The notes below the pieces were generated by a model. It was not told where the DNA came from and made no database searches. It saw nothing but the letters and a program-made list of their open reading frames with translations. A stretch of DNA of 64,000 bases from Allosphingosinicella sp. (lineage in GTDB: Bacteria > Pseudomonadota > Alphaproteobacteria > Sphingomonadales > Sphingomonadaceae): assembly GCA_036403745.1 (NCBI GenBank), contig DASWQI010000007.1; one strand, written 5' to 3'. The translations under genes and the position numbers were made by a program. Position 1 is the stretch's first letter. The number at the start of each line of letters is the position of its first letter. Positions 1-12,678 of the stretch are shown piece by piece.

Positions 1-258
<258 letters not shown>

Positions 259-278
259 CTAGACGATGAGGTGACGGA

Positions 279-914
279 ATGAAATCGGCTTTCTCGCGCA
301 ACGTCATCCTCCTCGCCGCGTTCGGCGCGGCGGCCTGTTCGACCGAGACGGGCGGCGGGCCCGGCCCGCGCGGCCCCGGCGAACCGGGCTTTGCGGAAGT
401 CACCCGCTTCCACCTCGGCCAGCCGATCGCCCGCTCGACCATCGCGGTCGAGGCGGCCAATCCGGCGCTGACCAACAGCCCCGAATACCGCACCTATGAA
501 GACATCGTCGCGCGCCAGCTGACCCGGCTCGGCTGGACCGTGGTCGGCACAGTGGGCGCCTCCGAGCAGGTGGCGGTCGTCAATGTCGAGCAGGGCACCC
601 ATGAAGGTCCGCGGCGGCGGCCGCCCGTCACCATCGGCGTCGGTGGCGGCACCGGCGGCTGGCGCGGCGGCGTCGGCGGCGGGGCGAGCTTCGGCATCGG
701 CGGCGGCGGCGGGCCTCGCGCGGTGACCGGCACCAGCCTCGAAGTCCGCCTGAAGCGCCGCTCGGACGGCAGCGTCATTTGGGAAGGCCGCGGCCGCAGC
801 GAAGTCTCGGCGCGCAGCCCGCTCGCCCAGCCGGCGGCGGCGGTCGAGCGGCTGGCAGCGGCGATGTTTGGGGACTTCCCCGGGGAATCGGGCCGCACTA
901 TCACGCCGCGATGA
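279..914 (+). CDS. putative lipoprotein with a Gly-rich loop (DUF4136-like by recollection)
   Basis: Track ORF of 211 aa. [20 protein letters not shown] looks like a signal peptide with a lipobox-like Cys. The stop at 912-914 overlaps the next ATG at 911 (ATGA). Confidence 0.6.
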   Translation: MKSAFSRNVILLAAFGAAACSTETGGGPGPRGPGEPGFAEVTRFHLGQPIARSTIAVEAANPALTNSPEYRTYEDIVARQLTRLGWTVVGTVGASEQVAVVNVEQGTHEGPRRRPPVTIGVGGGTGGWRGGVGGGASFGIGGGGGPRAVTGTSLEVRLKRRSDGSVIWEGRGRSEVSARSPLAQPAAAVERLAAAMFGDFPGESGRTITPR

Positions 915-2041
915 CCCTCAGCATCACGAGCGCCTTTGACGGCGGCAACATTCGTCTGGTCGCCGCCCAAGGCGACTGCATCGACGTGGAAATCCAGAAG
1001 GACCACCAGTCCGATTTCTACCAATGGTTCTATTTCCGGGTGACCGGCGCCAAGGGCCGGCCGCTTCAGCTGCGCATCGTCAATTGCGCCGGCTCCGCCT
1101 ACCCGCACGGCTGGGACGGATACCGCGCCTGCCTGTCCTACGATCGCGACACCTGGGAGCGGGCCGACACCGCCTATGCCGGGGGATTCCTCACCATCTC
1201 GGTGACCCCGGAGACGGACAGCCTCTGGGTCGCCTATTTCGCGCCCTACACGATGGAGATGCACCACGATCTCGTCGCCGAGGTCGCCGCCGCGCCGGGC
1301 GTCGCATACCGCTCGCTCGGCAAGACGCTCGACGGCCAGGACATGGACTATCTGCGCATCGGCGAGGGGCCGCTGCAGGTCTGGCTCTACGCCCGCCAGC
1401 ATCCCGGCGAGACGATGGCCGAATGGTGGATGGAAGGCGCGCTCGGCCGGCTGATGGACGAGAGCGACCCCGTCACCCGAATCCTCCGTCGCCGCTGCAC
1501 CTTCCACATCGTACCGAACATGAATCCGGACGGCTCGCGCCGCGGCCACCTTCGGACCAACGCCGTCGGCACCAACTTGAACCGCGAATGGCACGAGCCC
1601 TCCGCCGAGCGCAGCCCCGAAGTGCTGTGCGTCCGCAACGCAATGGACGAAACGGGTGTCGACTTCGCGATGGACGTCCATGGCGACGAGGCGATCGCCG
1701 CCAATTTCCTCGCCGGCTTCGAGGGCATCCCGAGCTGGACGGAACGCCAGCAGCAGGCCTTCGACCGCTTTGCCGCCGAGCTCGTTCGCGTCACCCCCGA
1801 TTTCCAGACCTCCAAGGGCTATGAGATCGCCAAGCCCGGCCAGGCCAACATGTCGATGTCGACCGCGCAGCTCGCCGAGCGGTTCGGCGCCGTGTCGATG
1901 ACGCTCGAAATGCCGTTCAAGGACAATGAGGACCTGCCCGACGAGGTCTACGGATGGTCGCCCGACCGCTGCCGCCTCCTCGCCCGCGCCTGCCTCGACG
2001 CGCTCCACATTATTCTCGACGATCTGCCGGCGAGGCGCTGA
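911..2041 (+). CDS. M14-family zinc carboxypeptidase (cytosolic-carboxypeptidase-like, with an N-terminal beta-sandwich domain)
   Basis: In-frame ATG at 911 ([17 protein letters not shown]) inside track ORF 779..2041. Motifs present: [11 protein letters not shown] (HxxE zinc ligands), NMNPDG, NREW and VHGDE. Confidence 0.8.
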   Translation: MTLSITSAFDGGNIRLVAAQGDCIDVEIQKDHQSDFYQWFYFRVTGAKGRPLQLRIVNCAGSAYPHGWDGYRACLSYDRDTWERADTAYAGGFLTISVTPETDSLWVAYFAPYTMEMHHDLVAEVAAAPGVAYRSLGKTLDGQDMDYLRIGEGPLQVWLYARQHPGETMAEWWMEGALGRLMDESDPVTRILRRRCTFHIVPNMNPDGSRRGHLRTNAVGTNLNREWHEPSAERSPEVLCVRNAMDETGVDFAMDVHGDEAIAANFLAGFEGIPSWTERQQQAFDRFAAELVRVTPDFQTSKGYEIAKPGQANMSMSTAQLAERFGAVSMTLEMPFKDNEDLPDEVYGWSPDRCRLLARACLDALHIILDDLPARR

Positions 2042-2042
2042 C

Positions 2043-2729
2043 ATGCCGCGGCTGGTGCTGATCCGCCACGGCCAGTCGGCGTGGAATCTGGAGAACCGCT
2101 TCACCGGCTGGTGGGACGTCGACCTGACCGACAAGGGCATCGAGGAAGCGCGGCAGGCCGGCGCGCTGATGGCCGCCAAGGGGCTCGATTTCGACCTCTG
2201 CTTCACCAGCGTCCAGACCCGCGCCATCAAGACGCTGAACCTGGCTCTGGAAGCGATGGGCCGGCTGTGGCTGCCGGTCGAGAAGGACTGGCATCTGAAC
2301 GAGCGCCATTATGGCGGCCTCACCGGCCTCGACAAGGCGGAAACGGCGGCGAAGCATGGCGACGCCCAGGTCCACATCTGGCGCCGCTCGTTCGACGTCC
2401 CGCCGCCGCCGATGGAGGCTGGGAGCCCCTACGACCTCTCCCACGACCGCCGCTATGCCGGCATCGACGTGCCCAGGACCGAGAGCCTCAAGGATACGAT
2501 CGCCCGCGTCCTGCCTTATTGGGAAAGCCGCATCGCCCCCGCCCTCCACGCCGGCCAGCGGGTGGTGATCTCCGCCCACGGCAATTCGCTCAGGGCGCTG
2601 GTCAAGCACCTGTCGCACATCCCCGACGACGAGATTACCGGCCTAGAAATCCCGACCGGCCAGCCGATCGTCTACGAGCTGGACGACAGCCTCAACGCCC
2701 TCGATCGTTACTATCTGAGCGAGCGCTAG
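2043..2729 (+). CDS. gpmA: 2,3-bisphosphoglycerate-dependent phosphoglycerate mutase
   Basis: ATG at 2043 inside track ORF 1926..2729. [32 protein letters not shown] carries the RHG catalytic motif, and the C-terminal part has [10 protein letters not shown]. Confidence 0.9.
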   Translation: MPRLVLIRHGQSAWNLENRFTGWWDVDLTDKGIEEARQAGALMAAKGLDFDLCFTSVQTRAIKTLNLALEAMGRLWLPVEKDWHLNERHYGGLTGLDKAETAAKHGDAQVHIWRRSFDVPPPPMEAGSPYDLSHDRRYAGIDVPRTESLKDTIARVLPYWESRIAPALHAGQRVVISAHGNSLRALVKHLSHIPDDEITGLEIPTGQPIVYELDDSLNALDRYYLSER

Positions 2730-2733
2730 GCTC

Positions 2734-3309
2734 TCACCCCGCCGCCCGCGCTAGGCTCCTGCGGCAGCGTTCCAGCACGTCCTCCGCCTTGTCGCCGGCA
2801 AGGATGCCGGTGGTCACCACAGCGGCGTGGAGCGGCAGCTGGATGTGGCCAAGATCGAGGGGACTGGCCTCGATGCAGCGGCCGAGCCGTTCGCCGGCGT
2901 CGATGGCGCTGTCGAGGTCGAGATGGTCGAGGATCAGGCCGAATTCGGCCGGCCCGGTGCGAGCGAGGACGTCGGTGGTGCGGATGAGGCCGCACAGCAA
3001 TCGGGCGACATGGACGAGCGCGGCGTCGGCGGCGAAATGGCCGTGATCCTCGCCCATCGCGTCGAGGCCCTTCAAAGCAATGCCGACCACCGCCGCCGGC
3101 GTTCCATGCCGCTCGGAGAGGCCGACGACCCGCTCCAGCTCGGTACGGAAGCGCCCCGCGCCCGGCAGCGGCGTGACGCCGTCGACTTCGGCCTGGGCCT
3201 CGAGGGTGGCGATGCGCTGCTGCGCCTCGGCGAGGGCGGCGCGCAGCAGCGCGTTCTCGTCCTCGGTCTCGACCGGCGTGCCGGCGAATTCGGAGCTGTG
3301 CCTGGACAT
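2734..3309 (-). CDS. coiled-coil plus degenerate GGDEF domain protein (GPAEF in place of GGDEF), probably not catalytic
   Basis: Track ORF of 191 aa. The GGDEF-domain layout is recognisable: DGVTPLPGAGRF aligns with D.LTGL.NRR.F, GEDHGHFAADAAL with GH..GD..L, and ARTGPAEFGLIL with R.GGDEF..LL. Confidence 0.6.
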   Translation of the reverse strand: MSRHSSEFAGTPVETEDENALLRAALAEAQQRIATLEAQAEVDGVTPLPGAGRFRTELERVVGLSERHGTPAAVVGIALKGLDAMGEDHGHFAADAALVHVARLLCGLIRTTDVLARTGPAEFGLILDHLDLDSAIDAGERLGRCIEASPLDLGHIQLPLHAAVVTTGILAGDKAEDVLERCRRSLARAAG

Positions 3310-3402
3310 GCCCTCACCTCTAGCCCGCCTCGGTTAACGAAGGCCTAGCCTCACGGCAGACGGCCCGTTAGACGAGCCGCTCCGCCGGGAAGGGACGCTG
3401 CG

Positions 3403-3879
3403 ATGGCGAAGGTCGGGATCATCATGGGCAGCCGCTCCGATTGGGAGACGATGCGCCATTCGGCCGGGACGCTCGACGCGCTCGGCATCGCCCACGAGGC
3501 GAAGGTGGTGTCCGCCCACCGCACGCCGCAGCGGCTCTACGATTATGCGACGGGCGCCGCGGCGCGCCGCCTCCAGGTGATCATCGCCGGCGCGGGCGGC
3601 GCGGCCCACCTCCCGGGCATGGCGGCGTCGATGACGGCGCTGCCGGTGCTCGGCGTGCCGGTCGAGAGCAAGGCGCTGTCGGGCTTGGACAGCCTCCTCT
3701 CGATCGTCCAGATGCCGGGCGGCGTCCCGGTCGGAACCCTCGCCATCGGCAAGGCCGGCGCGATCAACGCCGCCCTCCTCGCCGCCGCCATCCTCGCCTT
3801 GAACGACGAGGCGCTTGCGGCGCGGCTCGCAGAGTGGCGGCAGCGCCAGACCGACGGCGTCGCCGAAACCCCCGAATGA
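3403..3879 (+). CDS. purE: N5-carboxyaminoimidazole ribonucleotide mutase
   Basis: Track ORF of 158 aa with [17 protein letters not shown] and SAHRTP motifs. It has a 4-nt overlap with purK. Confidence 0.92.
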   Translation: MAKVGIIMGSRSDWETMRHSAGTLDALGIAHEAKVVSAHRTPQRLYDYATGAAARRLQVIIAGAGGAAHLPGMAASMTALPVLGVPVESKALSGLDSLLSIVQMPGGVPVGTLAIGKAGAINAALLAAAILALNDEALAARLAEWRQRQTDGVAETPE

Positions 3880-4943
3880 AGACGATCCCGCCGGGCTCCA
3901 CGATCGGCATCGTCGGCGGCGGGCAGCTCGGCCGGATGCTGGGCATGGCCGCCGCCCAGCTCGGCTACCGCATCCACGTCTTCGCCCCGGCCAGCGGCCC
4001 GGCCAACGACGTCGCCTCCGCCTTCACCGAAGCCTCGTACCACCAGTCCCACCGGCTCGCCGCTTTTGCCGAGGCCTGCGACGTCGTCACCTACGAGTTC
4101 GAGAACGTGCCCGTCGGCGCGCTCGCCCTGATCGCCGACAAGGTGCCGGTGCTGCCGGGGCTCAACGCGCTGGAAATCGCCCAGGTGCGTTATGCCGAGA
4201 AGGCGTTCGTCCAGGATCTCGGCGGCCGCACCGCGCCCTTCGGCGTGGCCAACGATTTCGAGGAGCTGATCCCGGTGCTGGAGAGGATCGGCGTGCCGGC
4301 GATCATCAAGACGATCCGCATGGGCTATGACGGCAAGGGGCAGGCGAGGATCGACGCGCCCGGCGATGCGCGCCAGGCCTGGCACGCGGTCAAACGCCAG
4401 CCTTCGATCGTCGAAGGCTTCGTCGATTTCAGCCACGAATTCTCGATCCTGATCGCCCGCGGCCATGACGGCGCCAGCGTCACCTACAAGCCGACCTGGA
4501 ACGTGCATCGCGGCGGCATCCTGCATCGGGCGGTGGTCCCCGCGCCGGCCGCCATCGCCGGCCAGGCGGCCGAAGCGGCGGCGCTTGCGGAGCGGGTCGC
4601 CGACGCGCTCGATTATGTCGGCGTGCTGGCGCTCGAATTCTTCGCGACGGCGGAGGGGCCGGTGTTCAACGAGATGGCGCCGCGCGTCCACAATAGCGGC
4701 CACTGGACGATCGAGGGCGCCCAGACTTCGCAGTTCGAGAACCATATCCGCGCCATCTGCGGGCTGCCCCTGGGCTCGAGCGCCCTCACCGCAGCCGGCG
4801 TGGAGATGGAGAATCTGATTGGGGACGAGGTGGAGCGCTGGCCCGAGATCCTCGCCGAGCGCGGCGCCCATCTCCACCTCTACGGCAAGGACGAGGCCCG
4901 CCCGGGCCGCAAGATGGGGCACGTGACGAGACTCATCGGCTGA
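3876..4943 (+). CDS. purK: N5-carboxyaminoimidazole ribonucleotide synthase (ATP-grasp)
   Basis: In-frame ATG at 3876 ([21 protein letters not shown]) inside track ORF 3441..4943. The C-terminal GRKMGHVT motif is present. Confidence 0.9.
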   Translation: MKTIPPGSTIGIVGGGQLGRMLGMAAAQLGYRIHVFAPASGPANDVASAFTEASYHQSHRLAAFAEACDVVTYEFENVPVGALALIADKVPVLPGLNALEIAQVRYAEKAFVQDLGGRTAPFGVANDFEELIPVLERIGVPAIIKTIRMGYDGKGQARIDAPGDARQAWHAVKRQPSIVEGFVDFSHEFSILIARGHDGASVTYKPTWNVHRGGILHRAVVPAPAAIAGQAAEAAALAERVADALDYVGVLALEFFATAEGPVFNEMAPRVHNSGHWTIEGAQTSQFENHIRAICGLPLGSSALTAAGVEMENLIGDEVERWPEILAERGAHLHLYGKDEARPGRKMGHVTRLIG

Positions 4944-4963
4944 CCGGGGACAGCGGCTGGCCC

Positions 4964-5029
4964 GGGACAGTCACTTTCCCGCACGGCCGTGATCGAAACG
5001 GCGACGCCGCGGGTGAAAGTGACTGTCCC
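4964..5029. repeat. perfect 15-bp inverted repeat with a 36-nt spacer, lying in the convergent purK / M16-peptidase intergenic region
   Basis: GGGACAGTCACTTTC (4964-4978) is the exact reverse complement of GAAAGTGACTGTCCC (5015-5029). Related GGGGACAG / GGGGCAGTCCC fragments flank it at about 4947 and about 5048. Confidence 0.8.
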
Positions 5030-5070
5030 CTCTTCCGCGCTCCGGTAGGGGCAGTCCCGTCCCCTACGTC

Positions 5071-7941
5071 TTACCGCGCCGTCATCACCTCCACCGGCAT
5101 GTGGAGGGCATCGAGCTGGGGACGCACCTTGGCGGCGTCGCCGACGACCACCCAGACCAGCCGCTTCGGATCCACCGCCTTGCGCGCCGCCGCGTCGAGA
5201 TCGGCGGCGGTCATCGCGCGGTAACGGGCCGGCAGGCGGACGTAATAATCGTCCGGCCGGTGGAGCGAGGCGTTGCGCATGATCCCGCCGAGCACCGCGC
5301 CGCTGGTCTCGAATTCCCCGGCGAGGCTCAGCACCTGGTTGTTGATGGTCTGGCCGAGCTCGGTCCCGGTCACGCCCTTAGTGCCGAGGAAGCCCTCGAT
5401 GTCCGCCACCGCCGCGGCGATCGATTCGCCGGTCTTGTCGGTCTGCACCGGCGCGAAGATCAGGAGCGGCATCTGCTCGCGCACCAGCTGCACCTGCGAG
5501 CCGGCATAATAAGCCCAGCCCTTGGCCTCGCGGAGGTCCATGATCAGGCGCGAGGTGGCGCTGCCGCCCAGCACTTCGTTGGCGACCGTCAGCGTCAGCG
5601 GATCGTCGATGCCGCGCGCGGCGAGCGGCTCGCCGGCGAGGATCATCGATTGCGGGCTCTGCGGCTTGTCGATGAGGATGATCCGCGGCCCGGCGGCCGG
5701 CGCCGCGGCGAGCGGCGGGAAGCGCTTCACGCCCTTCGCCACCGCCGGCGCGCGCCAGCTGCCGAAGCGCGCTTCCAGCAGCGGCACCAGCTCGCCGAGC
5801 GTGGTGTCGCCGACGACGAAGATCGCCGCATTGTCGGGCCGCAGCCAGCGCTGATGGAAGGCGACGAGGTCGGCGCGGGTCGCCGCCTGCACCCCCTTCT
5901 CGTCGCCCGAGCCGGTGAACGGCACACCGTAGGGATGGGCGGTGCCGTAGAGGAGCGGCGGCAGGACGCGGAGCGCCAGGCCCTGCGGCTGCGTCTTCTC
6001 CTCGGCGATCTGGGCGAGCTGCGCCGCCCGCTTGCGCTCGACGTCGTCGGGGCGGAAGGCCGGGTTGCGCACCACGTCGGCGAGGAGGTCGAGCGAGGGG
6101 GCGAGGTTGGCCTTCAGCGCCGAGAGCGAGACGGTCGTCCGGTCCATCGAGGCGTTGGCGCCGATGCCGGCCCCGAGCCGCTCCTGCTCCTCGGCGATGG
6201 CGGTCGAATCGCGGGTTGCCGTGCCTTCCTTGAGCAAGGACAGGAGCAAGGCCTCGGTGCCGAGCTTGGCGCGATCGTCGGCGGCGTTGCCCGCGTCGAA
6301 CGTCACCGCCACCTCGACCAAAGGCACCGCGGTGCGCCGTGCGAACACCAGTTCGATGCCGTTCGACAGCCGGGCCCGCTCGACGGCCGGAAAGGCGAGC
6401 GCCTTCACCGGCTGCACCGGCGGCTCGACGATCTTGGGCGCGGGCGGAGCCGCCGCCGCGGGCGAGGGCGTCGCCGGGGCCGGCGCGCCGCCCTCGGCGG
6501 GGCTGCGGAAATAGGCGGGGTGGCGCACCACGCTGCCCGCGGTGGCGATGTCCTCGGCGCTGCGCTCGCCGGGCGAGACGGTGAGCCGGTAGGCGGGTCG
6601 CCCCATCCACTTGCGCGCCGCCGCGGCGACGCTCGCCGGGGTGGCGCGGGCCAGTTCGTCGAGATCGCTTTTGTATTTGGCGGGATCGTTCGAATAGACC
6701 GCGCCCTCGGCGAGCGTCACCGCCTTGCCGCCGAAGCCGCCGACCTGCTCCAGGCCCTTGATCGTTCCAGCGACGCTCGAGGTCGCCGCGCGCTGCACCT
6801 CGTCGGCGGTGGGGCCGTTCCGCAGGAAATCGGCGACGATCTCGTCGAGCCGCCGCGCCACCAGAGCCGGGTCTGCGCCCGGCCGCACCCGCGCCGTGAC
6901 GTTGAGCAGCGAGATCTTCTCGAACTGCTGGACGCCGGCCGAGACGCCGACGGCGATCTTTTCCTTGCGCACCAGCGCGTTGTCGAGCCGCGAGCTGCCA
7001 AGGCCGCCGAGGATCGAGGCGGCGAGATCGAGCTGATTGGTGTCGGGGTCGTTGACGCCCGGCACCACCCATTCGCGCGAGATCGTGACCGTGGCGACGC
7101 GGTCGTGCATCACCTTGTCGACCGGCGCGGCGAGGCTCGGCACCGGCACGTCGGTCCGCGGCGTCTCCGGCCCACGGGGAATCCCGCCGAACCAGCGCTC
7201 CGCCTTGGCCCGCGCGGTGGCGAGGTCGATGTCGCCGGCCAGCACCAGCACCGCGTTGTTCGGCCCGTAATGGGCGCGGAACCAGCCCTTCACGTCCTCG
7301 AGCTTGGCGCCGTTCAGGTCCGTCATCGAGCCGATCGTCGGGTGGCGATACGGATGCCCTTCCGGGAAGAGCGCGGCGAGCTCGGCATATTCTTTGAGGC
7401 CGCCGGGCTCGTTGTCGCCCATCCGCTTCTCGTTCTGGACGACGCCGCGCTGGAGATCGAGCGTCTGCTGCGTCACCGCCCCGAGCAGATGCCCCATCCG
7501 GTCGGATTCGAGGAACAATGCCCGGTCGAGCGCCCCGGTCGGCACCGTCTCGAAATAATTGGTACGGTCGAACCAGGTCGTGCCGTTCCAGTCGGTCGCG
7601 CCGATATCCTCCAGCCGGCTGAAGAAATTGCCCGGCGCATTCTCCGAGCCGTAGAACATCAAATGCTCGAAGAGGTGCGCAAAGCCGGTCTTGCCGCGGG
7701 GCTCGTCCTTCGAGCCGATATGATACCAGACCGAAACCGCGACCACCGGTGCCTTGTGGTCCTCGTGCACGATGACGCGCAGCCCGTTGGGCAGCGTGAA
7801 CTGCTGGTACGGAATGTTCACCTGGGCGACGAGCGCCGAGAGCGGCGCGGCGGGCGCGGGACGGGGTGCCGGCTGCGCTCCTGCAGCGGAGAGGGGGAGC
7901 GGCGCGACGCCGAGCGTGAGGGCAAGCAACATCCGGCGCAT
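5071..7941 (-). CDS. secreted M16 (pitrilysin/insulinase) family zinc peptidase, double-unit form
   Basis: Track ORF 5071..8085. The likely start is M49 (MRRMLLALTLGVAPLPLSAAGAQ, a signal peptide) at 7941. The inverted zincin motif GFAHLFEHLMFYGSEN is present. Confidence 0.85.
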   Translation of the reverse strand: MRRMLLALTLGVAPLPLSAAGAQPAPRPAPAAPLSALVAQVNIPYQQFTLPNGLRVIVHEDHKAPVVAVSVWYHIGSKDEPRGKTGFAHLFEHLMFYGSENAPGNFFSRLEDIGATDWNGTTWFDRTNYFETVPTGALDRALFLESDRMGHLLGAVTQQTLDLQRGVVQNEKRMGDNEPGGLKEYAELAALFPEGHPYRHPTIGSMTDLNGAKLEDVKGWFRAHYGPNNAVLVLAGDIDLATARAKAERWFGGIPRGPETPRTDVPVPSLAAPVDKVMHDRVATVTISREWVVPGVNDPDTNQLDLAASILGGLGSSRLDNALVRKEKIAVGVSAGVQQFEKISLLNVTARVRPGADPALVARRLDEIVADFLRNGPTADEVQRAATSSVAGTIKGLEQVGGFGGKAVTLAEGAVYSNDPAKYKSDLDELARATPASVAAAARKWMGRPAYRLTVSPGERSAEDIATAGSVVRHPAYFRSPAEGGAPAPATPSPAAAAPPAPKIVEPPVQPVKALAFPAVERARLSNGIELVFARRTAVPLVEVAVTFDAGNAADDRAKLGTEALLLSLLKEGTATRDSTAIAEEQERLGAGIGANASMDRTTVSLSALKANLAPSLDLLADVVRNPAFRPDDVERKRAAQLAQIAEEKTQPQGLALRVLPPLLYGTAHPYGVPFTGSGDEKGVQAATRADLVAFHQRWLRPDNAAIFVVGDTTLGELVPLLEARFGSWRAPAVAKGVKRFPPLAAAPAAGPRIILIDKPQSPQSMILAGEPLAARGIDDPLTLTVANEVLGGSATSRLIMDLREAKGWAYYAGSQVQLVREQMPLLIFAPVQTDKTGESIAAAVADIEGFLGTKGVTGTELGQTINNQVLSLAGEFETSGAVLGGIMRNASLHRPDDYYVRLPARYRAMTAADLDAAARKAVDPKRLVWVVVGDAAKVRPQLDALHMPVEVMTAR

Positions 7942-8139
7942 TGGCACGTCTCCGAGTCTCATGTCGCGCGCACCATAGCGGCGGCCCCACCCGCTGCAAC
8001 GGCGGGATGGCATTGCGGCGCGGGCGGGTCGGCCGGCGCGCTGGGAAGAGGCGGGCCTCAGGATTGTGGTACAACTGCTCCGCATCCGTTACGGTCGGCC
8101 CGTGCAGGAGGCGAGAAGGCGGCCGAACCGGAACCGCCG

Positions 8140-8349
8140 ATGAGGCAGCAACTCCTCGACGCCCGCGCAACCATCGTCGCGCAGCTCGACGCGATGGACT
8201 TCAGGACCGTCGCGACCTCCGCGCAGGGCGGACCGCCGGACTATCGCGGCCTCACAGCCCAGCTTCAGGAGGAGCTGCGCGAGATCGACGCCCTCCTCGG
8301 CGAGGACGCGCCCGCCGCGCCGTACATCCCCTGGGGCGGCCGCCGCTGA
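8140..8349 (+). CDS. small hypothetical protein (69 aa, helical)
   Basis: In-frame ATG at 8140 at the tail of the antisense artefact ORF 5101..8349 (MRQQLLDARATIVAQLDAMDF...). Third-codon positions are strongly G/C, as in real genes here. No clear SD. Confidence 0.4.
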   Translation: MRQQLLDARATIVAQLDAMDFRTVATSAQGGPPDYRGLTAQLQEELREIDALLGEDAPAAPYIPWGGRR

Positions 8350-8406
8350 GGCAATGCCGCCGGAAGTGGTTCAAATAACGCTCGCCAGCCGCCGAGCTGA
8401 GGCGCA

Positions 8407-9723
8407 GTGTCACGCCGCGCCCGTCGGCGCAGCGTGCCCGAGTCCGTCACGAACCGGAGAACGCCCTTGGCCGAGCATGCCGCAGCCGAACGCAAGATCG
8501 CGGCCCCAGCCGGGGCGCGGGAGGTTGACGCCGCACGCGGCGCCGGTCCCCGTGCCGAACTGCTGAACCGCCACACCGAGGCGCGTGTCGCCGAACCGAC
8601 GCGTCTCCTCGACCGTCGCGCCGAAACCCGCGCCGCCGCCGCACCCGCGCCGACGCAGCCCAGCCCACCGGAACCGGCCCCGCGCCGCAACCTCACCGGG
8701 CTGCCGGATCGGCTGAAGGCGGGGGTGGAGGCGCTGTCGGGCCTGTCGATGGACGACGTGCGGGTGCACCGGAATTCGGCCCAGCCGGCGAAGCTGGGCG
8801 CCCTCGCATATGCGAGGGGCAGCGACATCCACTTGGGCCCGGGGCAGGAGCGGCATCTACCCCACGAGGCATGGCATCTGGTCCAGCAAAAACAGGGGCG
8901 CGTGCGGGCGACCGGGGCCTTGCGAACCGGCGTCGCCGTCAACGACGATCGCCGCCTCGAACACGAAGCCGACCTGATGGCGGATCGCATCAAGCTTGGT
9001 GGCGCTCCGCTGCAGGCCCTGCGGCCCGCTGGCGCATCCGCCTTGGTGGCACAATGCTATTGGCTGCGGATGGACGGCGAGGTGATGTGGGCCGACAACG
9101 AACCCGGCGACGGCATGATGCAAACGAACGACCGGCATGAGGAGGCGGACGGACACGCGGCGGGGCCGATCTATGTCATTGCGGAGGCGGCGGAACATGA
9201 TGCCGGCGAGGACGGTGGCGATGATGCGGATCAGGCGCCGGCGGAGCTCGATGGGGAGGCCGGGTGGGACTATGACGGGACGTTGATCGGCGTGAAGGAT
9301 GCCGCCGAAGATATGCCGCCGACCCTTGAAGGGCCGAGAAGGGCTTGGTCCGTGGACGATTTCTTCGGCCTCGGCCTGGAAGATGAGGTGACCGACGCTC
9401 TCCTCGAGCGGCCCGTCCACCCGGCGACGCACTTCTCCTTCTGGTGCAAAGTCGGCGCTATCGACGTCAAGATCCATCTCACCGCAGCGCGCTATACCGT
9501 CATCTACAATGCCGCGGGCCGGCCTGACCAGCAGGCGGCGGAGGCGACCAAGGATGGGCTGACGGGGAGGCATTTGTACCAGGCGTTCCTGGACATCGCA
9601 AACGCCGCCGGCGACTATGAGCCGATGCGCAACAGCTGCGAGACCTTTGCTCAAAATATGTACGATTCCTTCACCGTTGCGGCAGCCGATGCCGCTCAGG
9701 CGCCAGCCGAGGACTTCATGTAG
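8407..9723 (+). CDS. DUF4157 (zincin-like HExxH) domain protein with an unassigned ~240-aa C-terminal domain
   Basis: Track ORF of 438 aa with a GTG start. Residues ~98-190 (LPDRLKAGVEALSGLSMDDVRVHRNSAQPAKLGALAYARGSDIHLGPGQE.HLPHEAWHLVQQKQGRV...NDDRRLEHEAD) match the DUF4157 consensus as I remember it. Confidence 0.75.
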   Translation: MSRRARRRSVPESVTNRRTPLAEHAAAERKIAAPAGAREVDAARGAGPRAELLNRHTEARVAEPTRLLDRRAETRAAAAPAPTQPSPPEPAPRRNLTGLPDRLKAGVEALSGLSMDDVRVHRNSAQPAKLGALAYARGSDIHLGPGQERHLPHEAWHLVQQKQGRVRATGALRTGVAVNDDRRLEHEADLMADRIKLGGAPLQALRPAGASALVAQCYWLRMDGEVMWADNEPGDGMMQTNDRHEEADGHAAGPIYVIAEAAEHDAGEDGGDDADQAPAELDGEAGWDYDGTLIGVKDAAEDMPPTLEGPRRAWSVDDFFGLGLEDEVTDALLERPVHPATHFSFWCKVGAIDVKIHLTAARYTVIYNAAGRPDQQAAEATKDGLTGRHLYQAFLDIANAAGDYEPMRNSCETFAQNMYDSFTVAAADAAQAPAEDFM

Positions 9724-9793
9724 GCTCGAGCGCGCCTGCGGATCGACCGCTGAAGTGGCGTTCATCCGAATCGCCCGGTGACGGCGTATGCGG

Positions 9794-9821
9794 CTTGTGT
9801 TGCTGAAGCGCCACACTACAT
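9794..9821 (+). promoter_or_regulatory. candidate sigma-32 (RpoH)-type heat-shock promoter of clpB
   Basis: CTTGTG-N16-CTACAT lies 26 nt upstream of the clpB ATG. It resembles the alphaproteobacterial CTTG-N17-CYTATNT pattern. The match is imperfect. Confidence 0.3.
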
Positions 9822-9846
9822 CCCTTCCAGCCATTGAGGGGTAGAG

Positions 9847-12447
<2,601 letters not shown>

Positions 12448-12450
12448 GTG

Positions 12451-12610
12451 CCTCCCCATGTGCGCAGCGCATGGGGAGGGGGACCAGCGTAGCTGGTGGA
12501 GGGGTAGCTTGCCGCGGAGTCAGCGGATCTCGGGCGAATCGCTGAATCCTCGACCTGTCACCCCTCCACCACCTTCGGTGGTCCCCCTCCCCATCGTTCC
12601 GATGGGGAGG
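12451..12610. repeat. REP-like nested-palindrome element, inverted pair 1 (copies 12451-12504 and 12561-12610)
   Basis: The first copy is CCTCCCCATG-N9-CATGGGGAGGGGGACCAGC-GTA-GCTGGTGGAGGGG. The second copy has the same unit in reverse-complement orientation, 56 nt downstream. Confidence 0.85.
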
Positions 12611-12678
12611 CAGGCGATACGCATCCTCTCAGTGCTTAGCCCGTTGACCGGCCGATCCGACCACCCAGGAGCAACACG

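Noticed and set aside
494-2230. 578-aa minus-strand ORF
   Set aside because: It is antisense to the lipoprotein, M14 carboxypeptidase and gpmA genes. The composition is Arg/Gly/Pro/Ala-rich and it has no recognisable motifs.
5101-8349. 1082-aa plus-strand ORF (and the 930-aa ORF 5378..8170)
   Set aside because: It is an antisense or alternative frame of the M16 peptidase gene. Only its last 69 codons (8140-8349), which lie outside the peptidase gene, were kept as a tentative small CDS.
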